The notes beneath the pieces were generated by a model that was given only the letters and a program-made list of their open reading frames with translations, made no database searches and was not told the DNA's origin. Below, piece by piece: positions 1 through 9,562 of a DNA stretch of 64,000 nt. The position numbers and the translations under genes were made by a program. The stretch comes from an uncultured Alphaproteobacteria bacterium. Its GTDB lineage: Bacteria > Pseudomonadota > Alphaproteobacteria > CAAGCB01 > CAG-977. The stretch covers positions 725 through 64,724 of the forward strand of contig CALXYE010000132.1 in assembly GCA_944392845.1 (NCBI GenBank), given 5' to 3'. Positions within the stretch are counted from its first letter, which is position 1; every line of letters begins with the position of its first letter.

Positions 1-216
1 GACGCAACGGCGAAATGCTTGTTCCGCAAGCGCGGAATTATTATCGTGCATCCCAAGGAAGGGACGGAATATCCGTATAATCCGATGCAAAAATTCTGTA
101 TGAAGTCCGACTTTACGGCTTTTTCGTTTCCGCTGTACGCCATGAGGGCGGAAGATGAAGCCGAGGTTCGGGAAATACTGAAGGAAAAAGGCATTTCCTT
201 TAAGGACAAGTCTTAA
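1..216 (+). CDS. 3' end of a CDS entering from upstream of the window; hypothetical protein (C-terminal ~70 aa)
   Basis: Frame 1 is open from nt 1 to TAA 214-216 and is followed by a strong terminator. No recognisable motif. Confidence 0.3.
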   Translation, partial: DATAKCLFRKRGIIIVHPKEGTEYPYNPMQKFCMKSDFTAFSFPLYAMRAEDEAEVREILKEKGISFKDKS

Positions 217-248
217 AAAAAAGCCCCCGAAAGGGGGCTTTTTCTTTT
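217..248. terminator. Bidirectional rho-independent terminator between convergent genes
   Basis: A6-GCCCCC-GAAA-GGGGGC-T-run. Perfect 6-bp GC stem with a GAAA loop, with an A-tract on one side and a T-tract on the other. Confidence 0.8.
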
Positions 249-982
249 CAGTCTCTGCGCGATCCGAAGAAACGCAACAGATAAAGAAACAGATTGATGA
301 AATCCAAATACAAATCCAAAGCGCCGAATATGGCTTTGCTTGTCATAACGTTTTCGGCGTCGCCTTCACTATACATGCGGCGGATTTTCCATGTGTCAAA
401 AGCGGTCAGCCCGACGAACAAAAGGACGCCGATGACGGACAGGGTCAAATCGAACGCGGCGCTTTTAATAAAGAAGTTGACAAGCATTGCCAGGATCACG
501 CCCCACAAGCCCATGATCAGGAAAGAGCCGAATTTCGTCAAATCGCGTCCCGTCGTATAGCCGTACAGGCTCATTCCCGCGAAAGTTCCCGCCGTGATCA
601 GGAAGGTTTTAACGATGGACAGCGCGGAATATACCCAAAAGATTGTTGTCAGGGATACGCCCATCAGCGCGGAAAAAGCGCAAAACAGGACGAGAGCCTT
701 TCCCGAATTGCCTTGAGAAACGGCGGAACTCATCATAAAAATCAGAGCAAACGGCGACAGGATGGCGATCCATCCCGCGATTGTCAAAGAGGCATCGGGT
801 TTGTAAAAGATGCCGCTTAAAGACGAATGAGCCAAAGCAAAGCTGACGAGCGTCGTAATCAACAGCCCGATCGTCATATAGTTATAGACCTGAAGCATGT
901 ATTTGCGCAGGCCTTCATCAATCTGTACGGCAGCGCCGGAACGCACGATGACGTTTTCGCTGCGGTCGGTTTCCCAAGACAT
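248..982 (-). CDS. Bax inhibitor-1/YccA family inner-membrane protein
   Basis: 244 aa with 7 predicted TM helices. N-terminal DEGLRKYMLQVYNYM motif typical of the BI-1/YccA family. Confidence 0.75.
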   Translation of the reverse strand: MSWETDRSENVIVRSGAAVQIDEGLRKYMLQVYNYMTIGLLITTLVSFALAHSSLSGIFYKPDASLTIAGWIAILSPFALIFMMSSAVSQGNSGKALVLFCAFSALMGVSLTTIFWVYSALSIVKTFLITAGTFAGMSLYGYTTGRDLTKFGSFLIMGLWGVILAMLVNFFIKSAAFDLTLSVIGVLLFVGLTAFDTWKIRRMYSEGDAENVMTSKAIFGALDLYLDFINLFLYLLRFFGSRRD

Positions 983-1106
983 TTATGTTTCCTCCGTAAT
1001 GAAAAGATATCGTCTTATATCACAGATGTATTCCGAAGACCAGATATTCAAGAGGATAAGATTTCGCGTTATGTCTTTGTTAACGTTTCTGTGTTCACAT
1101 AAGGAT

Positions 1107-1586
1107 ATGTATAAAGTTTTGTTCGTATGCACGGGAAACATTTGCCGTTCTCCGACGGCCGAGGGCGTATTCCGCAAGTTGGCGGACGACGCGGGCAAAG
1201 GAGAGGCGTTTTTCGCGGATTCGGCAGGAATCAGCGGTTGGCATGCGGGAAGCGCTCCCGACGCCAGAGCCGTTGAGGCCGCTTTATATAACGGAGTGGA
1301 CATTTCCGCATTGCGCGCAAGGCAAGTCGTTCGGGACGATTTTAAGGATTTTGATCTGATTGTCGCCCTGGATCAAAGCCATCTCAAGGCGCTCGAAGGA
1401 ATGCGTCCGGGATTCAGCCCGGCGCATGAACGGGCGGCGCTGAAATTGATGATGGATTTTGCGCCCGAATACGGGATAACGGATGTTCCTGATCCGTATT
1501 ACGGAGGAAAAGAAGGCTTTCAAAACGTTTTCAATATGATAGAATCAGCCTGTCGAAACCTTTTGAACAGCATTTCGCCGGAGTGA
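1107..1586 (+). CDS. Low-molecular-weight protein-tyrosine phosphatase
   Basis: Starts MYKVLFVCTGNICRSP, i.e. the CX5R P-loop signature of LMW-PTPs, and DPYYG near the C-terminus. The ORF-track start at 897 is a spurious N-terminal extension overlapping the divergent gene. Confidence 0.85.
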   Translation: MYKVLFVCTGNICRSPTAEGVFRKLADDAGKGEAFFADSAGISGWHAGSAPDARAVEAALYNGVDISALRARQVVRDDFKDFDLIVALDQSHLKALEGMRPGFSPAHERAALKLMMDFAPEYGITDVPDPYYGGKEGFQNVFNMIESACRNLLNSISPE

Positions 1587-1592
1587 ACAGGG

Positions 1593-2468
1593 ATGCAGGT
1601 AGAGAAAAATACTTTATCGGCGGCGTTGACGCGAATCGTCGAGCATTCGACGGGAAAGCGCGTCGTTTCCGCCGCGACCCTGTCCGGCGGGCTGGTCGCG
1701 AACACGAAGCATGTCGTCCTGTCGGACGGTTCCCAAGTGGTCGTAAAAATCAGCAATTCCGAAAATTTGGAAGTCGAAGGCGCGGAAATGAAGTATTTGG
1801 AAAAGAATACTTCTCTGCCCGTGCCGAAATTGTTTTATTCGGGGCCAGACGTTTTGGTGCACGAATACGTCGTCGCGGACGGGATTCCCGATGAAGCCTC
1901 CGAAAGGCAGGCCGCCGAGCTGATCGCGGCTTTGCATGAAAACACGTCGGATTCATACGGCTTTGAGTACGATACGGCCGTAACGGGGTTGCACCAGCCG
2001 AACGACCGAATGCGCAAATGGTTGCCGTTCTTTACGGAAAACCGTTTGATGTATATGGCCGAAAATGCCGTTGCGGAAGGAAAACTTCCCGCCGATATGA
2101 TGGCGCGCATTGAACGTTTCGCGGGACGCATCAACCATTACTTGGACGAACCGCCGCGTCCGTCCTTGGTTCACGGCGATCTGTGGGCAACGACAATTCT
2201 TTGCCGCGAAGGAAAGGTCAGGGCGTTCGTCGATCCCGCTTTGTATTTCGGCGATTCCGAGATCGAATTTACCTATTCGACGAAAAATACGACGTTCAGC
2301 AAGGCGTTTTTCGACCGTTATAACGAAATCCGGCCGTTCCGTCCCGGATATTTCGAAGCGCGGCAGTATATCTATAATCTGTATCCGCTGTTGGTTCACG
2401 TCAGGTTGTTCGCGCCCGACCAATATTTGGAAAGGATTGACGCCGTATTAAAACGCTTCGGATCTTAA
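1593..2468 (+). CDS. Fructosamine/ketosamine-3-kinase family protein (aminoglycoside phosphotransferase-like fold)
   Basis: 291 aa with the LVHGDLWATT catalytic motif and overall FN3K-family layout. Stop/start are 6 nt from the PTP gene, suggesting an operon. Confidence 0.75.
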   Translation: MQVEKNTLSAALTRIVEHSTGKRVVSAATLSGGLVANTKHVVLSDGSQVVVKISNSENLEVEGAEMKYLEKNTSLPVPKLFYSGPDVLVHEYVVADGIPDEASERQAAELIAALHENTSDSYGFEYDTAVTGLHQPNDRMRKWLPFFTENRLMYMAENAVAEGKLPADMMARIERFAGRINHYLDEPPRPSLVHGDLWATTILCREGKVRAFVDPALYFGDSEIEFTYSTKNTTFSKAFFDRYNEIRPFRPGYFEARQYIYNLYPLLVHVRLFAPDQYLERIDAVLKRFGS

Positions 2469-2471
2469 AAA

Positions 2472-3110
2472 ATGACACCCGATAAGATCAAAGAATTTTT
2501 CGCGCGTATGAAGCGGGAAAATCCCGAACCGAAGTGCGAACTGAATTATACGACCCCGTTTACTTTGCTGGTTGCGATCGTTTTGTCCGCGCAAACGACG
2601 GACAAAAACGTCAACAAAGCGACTCCCGAACTGTTCAAAATCGCCGATACGCCCGAAAAAATGGCGGCTTTGGGCGAAGAAAAACTCAAGGCGTACATCC
2701 GTTCCATCGGTCTGTTCAATACGAAAGCCAAAAACGTTATTGCGTTATCGAAAGAGCTGATTGAAAAATACGGCGGAAACGTTCCGAATGACAGGGACGT
2801 CTTGCAGACCTTACCCGGAGTGGGGCGCAAAACGGCGAACGTTTATTTAAACACATTGAACGGCGCGCCGACGATCGGCGTTGACACGCATGTTCTGCGT
2901 TTGGGCAACCGTATCGGCCTGGCAAAGGGCAAAACGCCCTTGGAGGTCGAAAAGAATATGGAAAAGGCGGTTTTCGGCACGATTCCCGACGAAGATTTGA
3001 AATATGTCGGGCATTGGCTGGTTTTGCACGGGCGCTATGTCTGCACGGCGAAAAAACCGCGCTGCGGCGAATGTCCCGTTGCGGATTTGTGCGAAAAAAA
3101 CGGATTGTAG
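2472..3110 (+). CDS. nth: Endonuclease III (DNA glycosylase/AP lyase)
   Basis: HhH-GPD motif LPGVGRKTANVYL and the C-terminal 4Fe-4S cluster ligands C-x6-C-x2-C-x5-C (CTAKKPRCGECPVADLC). Confidence 0.9.
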   Translation: MTPDKIKEFFARMKRENPEPKCELNYTTPFTLLVAIVLSAQTTDKNVNKATPELFKIADTPEKMAALGEEKLKAYIRSIGLFNTKAKNVIALSKELIEKYGGNVPNDRDVLQTLPGVGRKTANVYLNTLNGAPTIGVDTHVLRLGNRIGLAKGKTPLEVEKNMEKAVFGTIPDEDLKYVGHWLVLHGRYVCTAKKPRCGECPVADLCEKNGL

Positions 3111-3142
3111 GTTTGGATTTTTTACGACAGGACCGGAAGAAA

Positions 3143-3547
3143 ATGAAGAAAGCTCCATTATACGCATTGCTTCTTTGTTTATGCGGGTGTGCTGAAACGG
3201 GTACGTTTTCCGAGGCGGGAAAATCTCTCTTTTCTCGAACTGTCAAAAATGAGAAATGCGAGGATATTGAAGTAGTGAAAGTGTTTCAAGTTACTAAAGA
3301 CTTTTCTTTAGGAAATGTTTGTGAAGAATCCTCTTACGGAATAAGTTGTTTTGGGCATGTTGTTTATATTCCTAAAGAAAAAGGAAAATTATATTACGAT
3401 GATCAAATTATAAAGCCTGAATCTGGAAAATGCTTTTCGTATAGTAGTACATATCAATATGAAGATTGCATCGGATATTTGTGTCGCCAACGTACCGTTC
3501 CCGTAATCGAGTTTGTTGACGAAGAAATTTCCGTTAAAAACAGATGA
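3143..3547 (+). CDS. Cys-rich lipoprotein of unknown function, in a low-GC islet
   Basis: MKKAPLYALLLCLCGCA lipobox, then 8 further Cys. Coding DNA is markedly more AT-rich than its flanks. The ORF-track start at 3014 is an artefactual extension into nth. Confidence 0.5.
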   Translation: MKKAPLYALLLCLCGCAETGTFSEAGKSLFSRTVKNEKCEDIEVVKVFQVTKDFSLGNVCEESSYGISCFGHVVYIPKEKGKLYYDDQIIKPESGKCFSYSSTYQYEDCIGYLCRQRTVPVIEFVDEEISVKNR

Positions 3548-3634
3548 TGGTTTGAAAATTATTGATTTTTAAACGGGGCGACGGCATTTAAAAAATTAAA
3601 AGGGGCTGACCAGGCGGATTTCATCGTGATTGCG

Positions 3635-4408
3635 TTAAAATCCTTCGTCTGAATAAGGTCGGGTAAAGCGGCATGCGGGATAGCTTTTACATCCCCAAAA
3701 TTTCCCGTATTTTCCTTCCCTTAATACAAGTTGATTGCCGCACCTGGGACATAAATCGTACCGTTCAATACGTTTTGATTCTAAAGTTTTGCGTTTAACG
3801 GCGGAAATATGTTTTTTTCGTATTTCCGGAGCGTCTTCATTTAGAGCCGTTAAAATACTCGTTATCAGGCCGATTTGGGAAAGAGTCAGTTTTATATCGG
3901 TATATCCGTATATATTTTTGTTTAATTCATTTAAGTATATAATATTACTTTCCGTATTTACACGTAAATTACAATCTGATGTAAAGACGACAATAGGAAT
4001 AAACTTATCGTTGGGTAAACTTAAAATTTTTTGAAGAGCTAAAACATGGCTTTTATTTTGTTTTATCGGATTGTAAAACGAATACTTATGTCCGAATATA
4101 TTTTGAGTCCAATTTTTCGAATTTTCGTTTCCTGAAATCCATCCCTTAATATGTTTCGTTTCGATAACGAAAATTCCATAGACCGAAATAACAATATGAT
4201 CGATTTGAGTCGTGTGCATCCCCGAGTTTAAAAGAATATTATTTATAACGCGATATTTGTCGGCAGGTAAGGAAGAAAGCTCTTTCGCGACGCGGTATTC
4301 TCCCCAATCGCCTTTTGTTTTTATAATAAAATTTTTAATAAAAGCATCAATCGCAAGAATTATTAAGAATATTGCGATAAATAAAATAAGTGAAAAGATG
4401 CTTTCCAA
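3635..4408 (-). CDS. Membrane-anchored NERD-domain nuclease with C-terminal topoisomerase-type C4 zinc ribbon
   Basis: N-terminal TM helix. NERD core (GDWGEYRVAKEL ... TQIDHIVISVYGIFVIETKH). C-terminal CPRCG-x-CKSYPAC zinc ribbon as in topo I/zf-C4_Topoisom. Low GC. Confidence 0.7.
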   Translation of the reverse strand: MESIFSLILFIAIFLIILAIDAFIKNFIIKTKGDWGEYRVAKELSSLPADKYRVINNILLNSGMHTTQIDHIVISVYGIFVIETKHIKGWISGNENSKNWTQNIFGHKYSFYNPIKQNKSHVLALQKILSLPNDKFIPIVVFTSDCNLRVNTESNIIYLNELNKNIYGYTDIKLTLSQIGLITSILTALNEDAPEIRKKHISAVKRKTLESKRIERYDLCPRCGNQLVLREGKYGKFWGCKSYPACRFTRPYSDEGF

Positions 4409-4417
4409 TGCGTTTTC

Positions 4418-4459
4418 CGTGAAAAGTGATTTAAAAAGGCGGGAACCGTGCCCCGCCTT
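4418..4459 (-). terminator. Rho-independent terminator of trpS
   Basis: AAGGCGGG-8nt-CCCGCCTT stem immediately after the trpS stop, followed on the minus strand by UUUUAAAUCACUUUU. Confidence 0.6.
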
Positions 4460-4465
4460 AGGTGG

Positions 4466-5464
4466 TTAATTCCTTAAAAATCCGATCGTGTCATAGACTT
4501 CGTTCAAAACGGGTTGAGCCAGCGCGTCGGCGCGTTCTCCGCCGTTTTTAAGAACGGAATCAATATAAGCCGTATCCTGCGCAATTTTGTGCATTTCCTT
4601 TGAAATCGGTTCCAATTCCGCGACGACGGCGTCCGTTAAGACTTTTTTGAAGCGCGAAAATTCTTGTCCGCCGACTTCTTTTAAGGCCTCTTCAGTCGTA
4701 ATGTCGCGGACGCCCGCATAAATATTAACCAGATTTAACGCTTCGGGGCGGCCTTCAAAGCCTTCGACCGTTTCGGGCAGGGGCATCGGGTCGGTCTTTG
4801 CCTTGCGAAATTTCAGCGCGATTGTGTCGGCGTCGTCCGACAGGTTGATGCGCGAGTAATCCGACGGGTCGGATTTGCTCATCTTTTTCGTCGCGTCGCG
4901 CAGGCTCATGACGCGGCGGGAAGTTCCCAACATTACGGGTTCGGGCAGAGGAAAAACATTGCATTTATAATCGTTGTTGAATTTGACGGCGATGTCGCGC
5001 GCCAGTTCCAGATGCTGGATCTGATCTTCGCCGACGGGGACTTTCGTCGCCTTATAAACCAAAATGTCCGCCGCCATCAGGCTGGGGTACGCGAACAAGC
5101 CCAAAGAAACGTTTTCACGGTTTTTTCCCGCTTTGTCCTTGAACTGGGTCATACGGCTCATCCATCCCATGCGGGCGACGCAATTCAAGACCCAGGCCAG
5201 CTCGGCATGGGCGGGAACGCGGCTTTGGTTAAACAGGATGTGCTTTTTCGGGTCCACGCCCGCCGCCAGCATACAGGCTGCGACTTCGTGAACGCTGCGA
5301 ATCAGCTCGGCAGGCTCCTTAAAGATCGTTATGGCGTGCATGTCAACGACGCAGTAAATGCATTCGTAACCGCTTTGAAGTTTTACCCAGTTGCGAATAG
5401 CGCCCAGATAATTGCCTAAATGAAGGTTTCCCGTGGGTTGAGCCCCTGAAAAGATGCGTTCCAT
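4466..5464 (-). CDS. trpS: Tryptophan--tRNA ligase
   Basis: Class I aaRS HIGH-type motif ([11 protein letters not shown]) and KMSKS. Confidence 0.95.
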   Translation of the reverse strand: MERIFSGAQPTGNLHLGNYLGAIRNWVKLQSGYECIYCVVDMHAITIFKEPAELIRSVHEVAACMLAAGVDPKKHILFNQSRVPAHAELAWVLNCVARMGWMSRMTQFKDKAGKNRENVSLGLFAYPSLMAADILVYKATKVPVGEDQIQHLELARDIAVKFNNDYKCNVFPLPEPVMLGTSRRVMSLRDATKKMSKSDPSDYSRINLSDDADTIALKFRKAKTDPMPLPETVEGFEGRPEALNLVNIYAGVRDITTEEALKEVGGQEFSRFKKVLTDAVVAELEPISKEMHKIAQDTAYIDSVLKNGGERADALAQPVLNEVYDTIGFLRN

Positions 5465-5508
5465 TTTTTTCGTCCGAAATAAGTTCTCCGTGAAAAACAG
5501 TTATAAAA

Positions 5509-7104
5509 TCAACCGCGCCGCCGCGCAAGCAGACTTTTTATTTCCTGTAGTTTCACGCCGCCCGTGACGAGTACGAGCATTCCGAAAACGGCGGCGCCCG
5601 CGCCGATCAGCCCGCCGAGCAAAAGGTAACGCCGCATTCCTTCCTCATGCGGCCATAAGGGGAAGAAAAGCAACGTTTGCGCATAAGCAAAGCGGACGAG
5701 CCCCCCCATTGCAAGGGAAGAAATTAAGATTGAAAGGGCGCGGCGGCGAAATTTGGCGTCGGTTTTATGCAATCCGCGCTTTTTGATAAGGAAAAGATAT
5801 TGAAAGACGTTCAGCCACGCGACAATCCCCGTTGCCAGGGCGATTCCCAGATAGCTCATGACGGGCAGGAGGAGCAGGCACAAAACGATATAAGAAACCA
5901 AAGCGGCGGCGGCAATACGTACGGGAGTCGCCGTATCTCCGCGGGCATAAAACGCGGGCGCAAGGGCTTTCGTCAGGATGTAAGCGGGCAATCCGACGGC
6001 ATAAGCGGACAGCGCCAGCCCCGTTTTGACGGCGGCATCCGTTGAAAAGGCGCCGCGCTCAAACAAAACGGCGATGACGGGAACGTTTAAAGCAATCAGC
6101 CCCGCGGCGGCGGGCAGGGAAAGCAACAGAGCCGTTTCAAGGGCACGGTTCATGCTTTCGCGGGCGGCGGCTTCGTCGTTTGATTTCAGCTGTCGGCTTA
6201 AAACGGGCAAAAGAACCGTGCCGATGGCCGCGCCGATGATGCCGACGGGCAGCTGATACAAACGATTGGCGTAATACAGCCAGGATACCGCTCCCGTGGA
6301 CAGAAAGGAAACGAACAGCGTATCCAAGAACAGGTTGATCTGATAAATTCCCGAACCGAACACTCCGGGCAGGATGCGCTTCATGAGCAGGGACACTTCT
6401 TCGGATTTGTTTTTGACGACGGCTTTTAAAGACATCAGGCCCAAGGGCAGCCCCGCCCGCCGCGTATGCCAAATCAGCCACAACAGCTGTAAAACGCCCG
6501 CGACGGTTACGCCCAGGGACAGGGCATAAGCGCAGTTGCCGCCGAACAGGGGCGTGAAAGCGAACAAGGCCGCGATCATTGTCAGGTTCAGCAAGGTCGG
6601 TGTCAAAGCGGCGGCGGCGAATTTCCCGACGGAGTTCAGCATCCCGCTTTGCAGGGAATTAAGCGATACCAGCAACAGGTAAGGGAAGGTGATGCGCGAC
6701 ATCAAAACGGCGGCTTCGGTTTTCGCGGGATCTTTGATGAAACCGGGAGCCTGAACGATAACGACGAACGGCATGAATATTTCCATCAACGCCGTAAAAA
6801 GCAGGACGACGTAAAACAGGCAGGAAAAGGCTTCTTCGGCGAATTTTAGGGCTTTTTCGCGGTTTCGGGTTTCCAGCATTTCCGAAAACAGCGGCACGAA
6901 GGCAACGTTGAAAGCCCCTTCGGCGAACAGGCTGCGGAACAGGTTGGGCAGCTTGAAGGCGACGAAAAAAGCATCGGCCAACATACCCGCGCCCAAAAAT
7001 TTGGCAATCAGCACGTCGCGGATGAAGCCCGTTACGCGGCTGACCATGGTAAAGCCTCCCACGGCGGCGATGGATCTAACCAGCGAGTTCTGCGAAAAAG
7101 CCAT
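5509..7104 (-). CDS. murJ: Lipid II flippase MurJ/MviN
   Basis: ~530 aa, 14 TM segments. Canonical MurJ N-terminus MAFSQNSLVRSIAAVGGFTMVSRVTGFIRDVLIAKFLGAG. Start taken at the internal ATG (7104) rather than the ORF-track start at 7236. Confidence 0.9.
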   Translation of the reverse strand: MAFSQNSLVRSIAAVGGFTMVSRVTGFIRDVLIAKFLGAGMLADAFFVAFKLPNLFRSLFAEGAFNVAFVPLFSEMLETRNREKALKFAEEAFSCLFYVVLLFTALMEIFMPFVVIVQAPGFIKDPAKTEAAVLMSRITFPYLLLVSLNSLQSGMLNSVGKFAAAALTPTLLNLTMIAALFAFTPLFGGNCAYALSLGVTVAGVLQLLWLIWHTRRAGLPLGLMSLKAVVKNKSEEVSLLMKRILPGVFGSGIYQINLFLDTLFVSFLSTGAVSWLYYANRLYQLPVGIIGAAIGTVLLPVLSRQLKSNDEAAARESMNRALETALLLSLPAAAGLIALNVPVIAVLFERGAFSTDAAVKTGLALSAYAVGLPAYILTKALAPAFYARGDTATPVRIAAAALVSYIVLCLLLLPVMSYLGIALATGIVAWLNVFQYLFLIKKRGLHKTDAKFRRRALSILISSLAMGGLVRFAYAQTLLFFPLWPHEEGMRRYLLLGGLIGAGAAVFGMLVLVTGGVKLQEIKSLLARRRG

Positions 7105-9562
7105 TGATCGCGTCCAGTAAAGAAGTTTTAATCCGCGCCGTTTTTTCGGCGTCCGTGATTTTTTTGCCGTTTTTGTCGGTAACGTAAAACACGTCGACGA
7201 CCTTTGAACCATAAGTGTAAATGTGCGCCGACACAATATTTAAATCTGCCAAAGTCATCGCGCGCGTGACGGCGTGCAGAAAACCGACGGCGTCCGAAGC
7301 GTTGATTTCGATCAGCGTACAGGAATTTGACGCCGTATCGTCAATCAGGACGCGGGGGTCGCTCCAAAAGGCTTTGCGGACGATTTTTTTGCTTTTCAGC
7401 TCTTTTTCAACGGCCGCGGTATCGGCGGAGCGGATTTTTTCTCGGATGCGGGCGATTTTTTTCGCCGAAGCGACGGGGCGGCGCGCGCCGTTGTCCAGCG
7501 TATCCGTTTCCTGTATTAAAAACGTGTCCAAAGCCATCCCGTTTTTCAATGTCATGATCTGCGCTTCGGCGACGGAAACGTTTTCCAAAGCTAAAATCCC
7601 CGTGATTTTTGCGAACAGGCCGTCTTCGTCGGGCGCCCAAACGGTCAGAGAGGTAACGCCCTTTTCTTCGTCGGTTTCGACGGCAAATGACGGTTCGCGC
7701 GACGGCGGCAATTCCGCCAGCCTTTTTTGAGCTTCGGTCAACGGACGGGGGCGGTCTTCGTTGCCTTGAATGCGTTCCAAAGCCGCTTCAAACAAGGTTT
7801 TTAAAAGTTGCTCCTTGAATCCGTTCCAAACGTTCGGCCCGACGGCGCGAATGTCGGCTTCGGTCAACGCGTATAACAGGCGCAACCGTTCGGGAGATTG
7901 GACTTCGGCAACGAAATCGTCCAACGTTTTCGGATCGAATACGTCGCGCTTGAACGCCGTGTGCGACATCAGCAAATGGTTTTCAACCAGCCAAACGGCG
8001 GTGTCCGTTTCTTCGCCGCTCATTCCCAAATCGCGGCAAACTTCTTTTGCAATGACGGCGCCTTTTCGGGCGTGGTCGCCGCCCCGCCCCTTTGCGATGT
8101 CGTGCAGCAATCCCGCGGTCAGCAGGCTTTTCCCCGACTGCGAGGCTTTTGCCGCATCGTAAAGAAAGCCTGCGGTTTTAAACGTATGTTCGTCCGTCGT
8201 ATAGACGTGATACAGGTCGAATTGAACCTGTCCCGTTATTTTTCCGAAAGCGGGGATCAGCACATTCAAAACGCCGGCTTCGTTCATGCGGCGCAACGAG
8301 CTTTCGGGACGGAATCCCGTTAATATTTTAAAAAACAGGGAACGGATAACGTCCGTTTTTCTCAAAGGGCGCAGTAAATGCGCGCTTTTTCCGAGCTTTT
8401 CCGTCAGGGCGGGGGAAAACGGCAGATCCAGACGGGCTTTCAGGTCGAACGCCCGTAAAATCGCGGCGGGGTCGTCGGCAAAAGAAAACCCGTTTTTAAT
8501 ATCTAAACGGCCGTTTCTGACGATAAAAGCGGGATCTTCCGTCGGCTTCTCGGTATTTTGCCGTCCGTCTGCAAAATCTTCGATAACGGAAATGACCAGT
8601 TCCGACAATTCGGCAACCTTGCGCGATACCAGATAATAGTGCTTCATAAAGCGTTCAACGGCGGAACAGCCCGCGCGTCGGGCGTAACCCGTCCGTTCGG
8701 CGATTTCCTTTTGGGCTTCCAGCGTCAAAACGTCGCCCGCCTTTCCCGATAACAGGTGCAAATGGCAACGCACCGTCGCCAAAAAGCGGTGAGCCTTCAG
8801 GAACCGTCCGACCGTTTCGGGAGTCAGCAACTCCCTGCGGATCAGATCGGGCATTTCCGCCGTTCCGAAAAAGTATTTCGTCAGCCAGAACGCCAAATGC
8901 AAATCGCGCAGTCCGCCGCGTCCTTCCTTTATGTTCGGCTCCAGCATATATTTTGAACCGCCCGTTTTTTTCAGGCGTTCTTCGCGTTCTTTCAGCTTGG
9001 CGTTTAAAAAAGCCCGCGCATCCGAAGTTTTTCGCAATTCTTCGTATCGGGCGGCAAAATCGTCAAACAATCGCCGTTTGCCGCAAACAAAACGCGCTTC
9101 CAAAAAAGCGGTGCGGGTTTCGATATCCGTTTTCGCGCGTTCAATCCGTTCTTCGGGCGTACCGACGGAAGAACCGACTTTGACGCCCGCGTCCCAAAGC
9201 AGGTAAAGGATGAAGGAAACGGCCGACTGCGTACGTTCGTTTTTATCGTCTTCGGTCAAAAACAACAGGTCCGTATCCGAATAGGGCGCCAGCTCTTTTC
9301 TGCCGTATCCGCCGACGGCGCAGATTGCCAGATCGGGGCGTTCGGCAGAGGGGAAGACGTCGCCGAAAACAAGGTCGTAAAGTGCCGAAAACAAAGCGTC
9401 GGTCGCGTCCGCGCGGTCAAATTCGGCAAGCAGGCCGTCATGCGGCGGACGATTCAGCGCGACCTTCATCCGTTCGCGCGCGGCGTTCAGTTCGGCTTTG
9501 ACCGCCTCCAATAAAGCGGCGCGCCCGCCCGTTTCCCATGCCTGTTTCAGTTCCGCGGCCAT
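7076..9562 (-). CDS. glnD: [Protein-PII] uridylyltransferase/uridylyl-removing enzyme
   Basis: Nucleotidyltransferase motif GGYGRKELAPYSDTDLLFL, an HD domain (LLHDIAKGRGGDH) and C-terminal ACT repeats. Confidence 0.9.
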   Translation of the reverse strand: MAAELKQAWETGGRAALLEAVKAELNAARERMKVALNRPPHDGLLAEFDRADATDALFSALYDLVFGDVFPSAERPDLAICAVGGYGRKELAPYSDTDLLFLTEDDKNERTQSAVSFILYLLWDAGVKVGSSVGTPEERIERAKTDIETRTAFLEARFVCGKRRLFDDFAARYEELRKTSDARAFLNAKLKEREERLKKTGGSKYMLEPNIKEGRGGLRDLHLAFWLTKYFFGTAEMPDLIRRELLTPETVGRFLKAHRFLATVRCHLHLLSGKAGDVLTLEAQKEIAERTGYARRAGCSAVERFMKHYYLVSRKVAELSELVISVIEDFADGRQNTEKPTEDPAFIVRNGRLDIKNGFSFADDPAAILRAFDLKARLDLPFSPALTEKLGKSAHLLRPLRKTDVIRSLFFKILTGFRPESSLRRMNEAGVLNVLIPAFGKITGQVQFDLYHVYTTDEHTFKTAGFLYDAAKASQSGKSLLTAGLLHDIAKGRGGDHARKGAVIAKEVCRDLGMSGEETDTAVWLVENHLLMSHTAFKRDVFDPKTLDDFVAEVQSPERLRLLYALTEADIRAVGPNVWNGFKEQLLKTLFEAALERIQGNEDRPRPLTEAQKRLAELPPSREPSFAVETDEEKGVTSLTVWAPDEDGLFAKITGILALENVSVAEAQIMTLKNGMALDTFLIQETDTLDNGARRPVASAKKIARIREKIRSADTAAVEKELKSKKIVRKAFWSDPRVLIDDTASNSCTLIEINASDAVGFLHAVTRAMTLADLNIVSAHIYTYGSKVVDVFYVTDKNGKKITDAEKTARIKTSLLDAINGFFAELAG

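Noticed and set aside
897-1106. N-terminal 70 codons of the ORF-track entry 897..1586 (would make a 229-aa phosphatase)
   Set aside because: The extension overlaps the divergent BI-1 gene start and has no homology. LMW-PTPs begin a few residues before the CX5R loop, so the real start is the ATG at 1107.
3014-3142. ORF-track 3014..3547 start inside nth
   Set aside because: It is in a different frame overlapping the nth C-terminus. A canonical lipoprotein signal peptide begins at the ATG at 3143.
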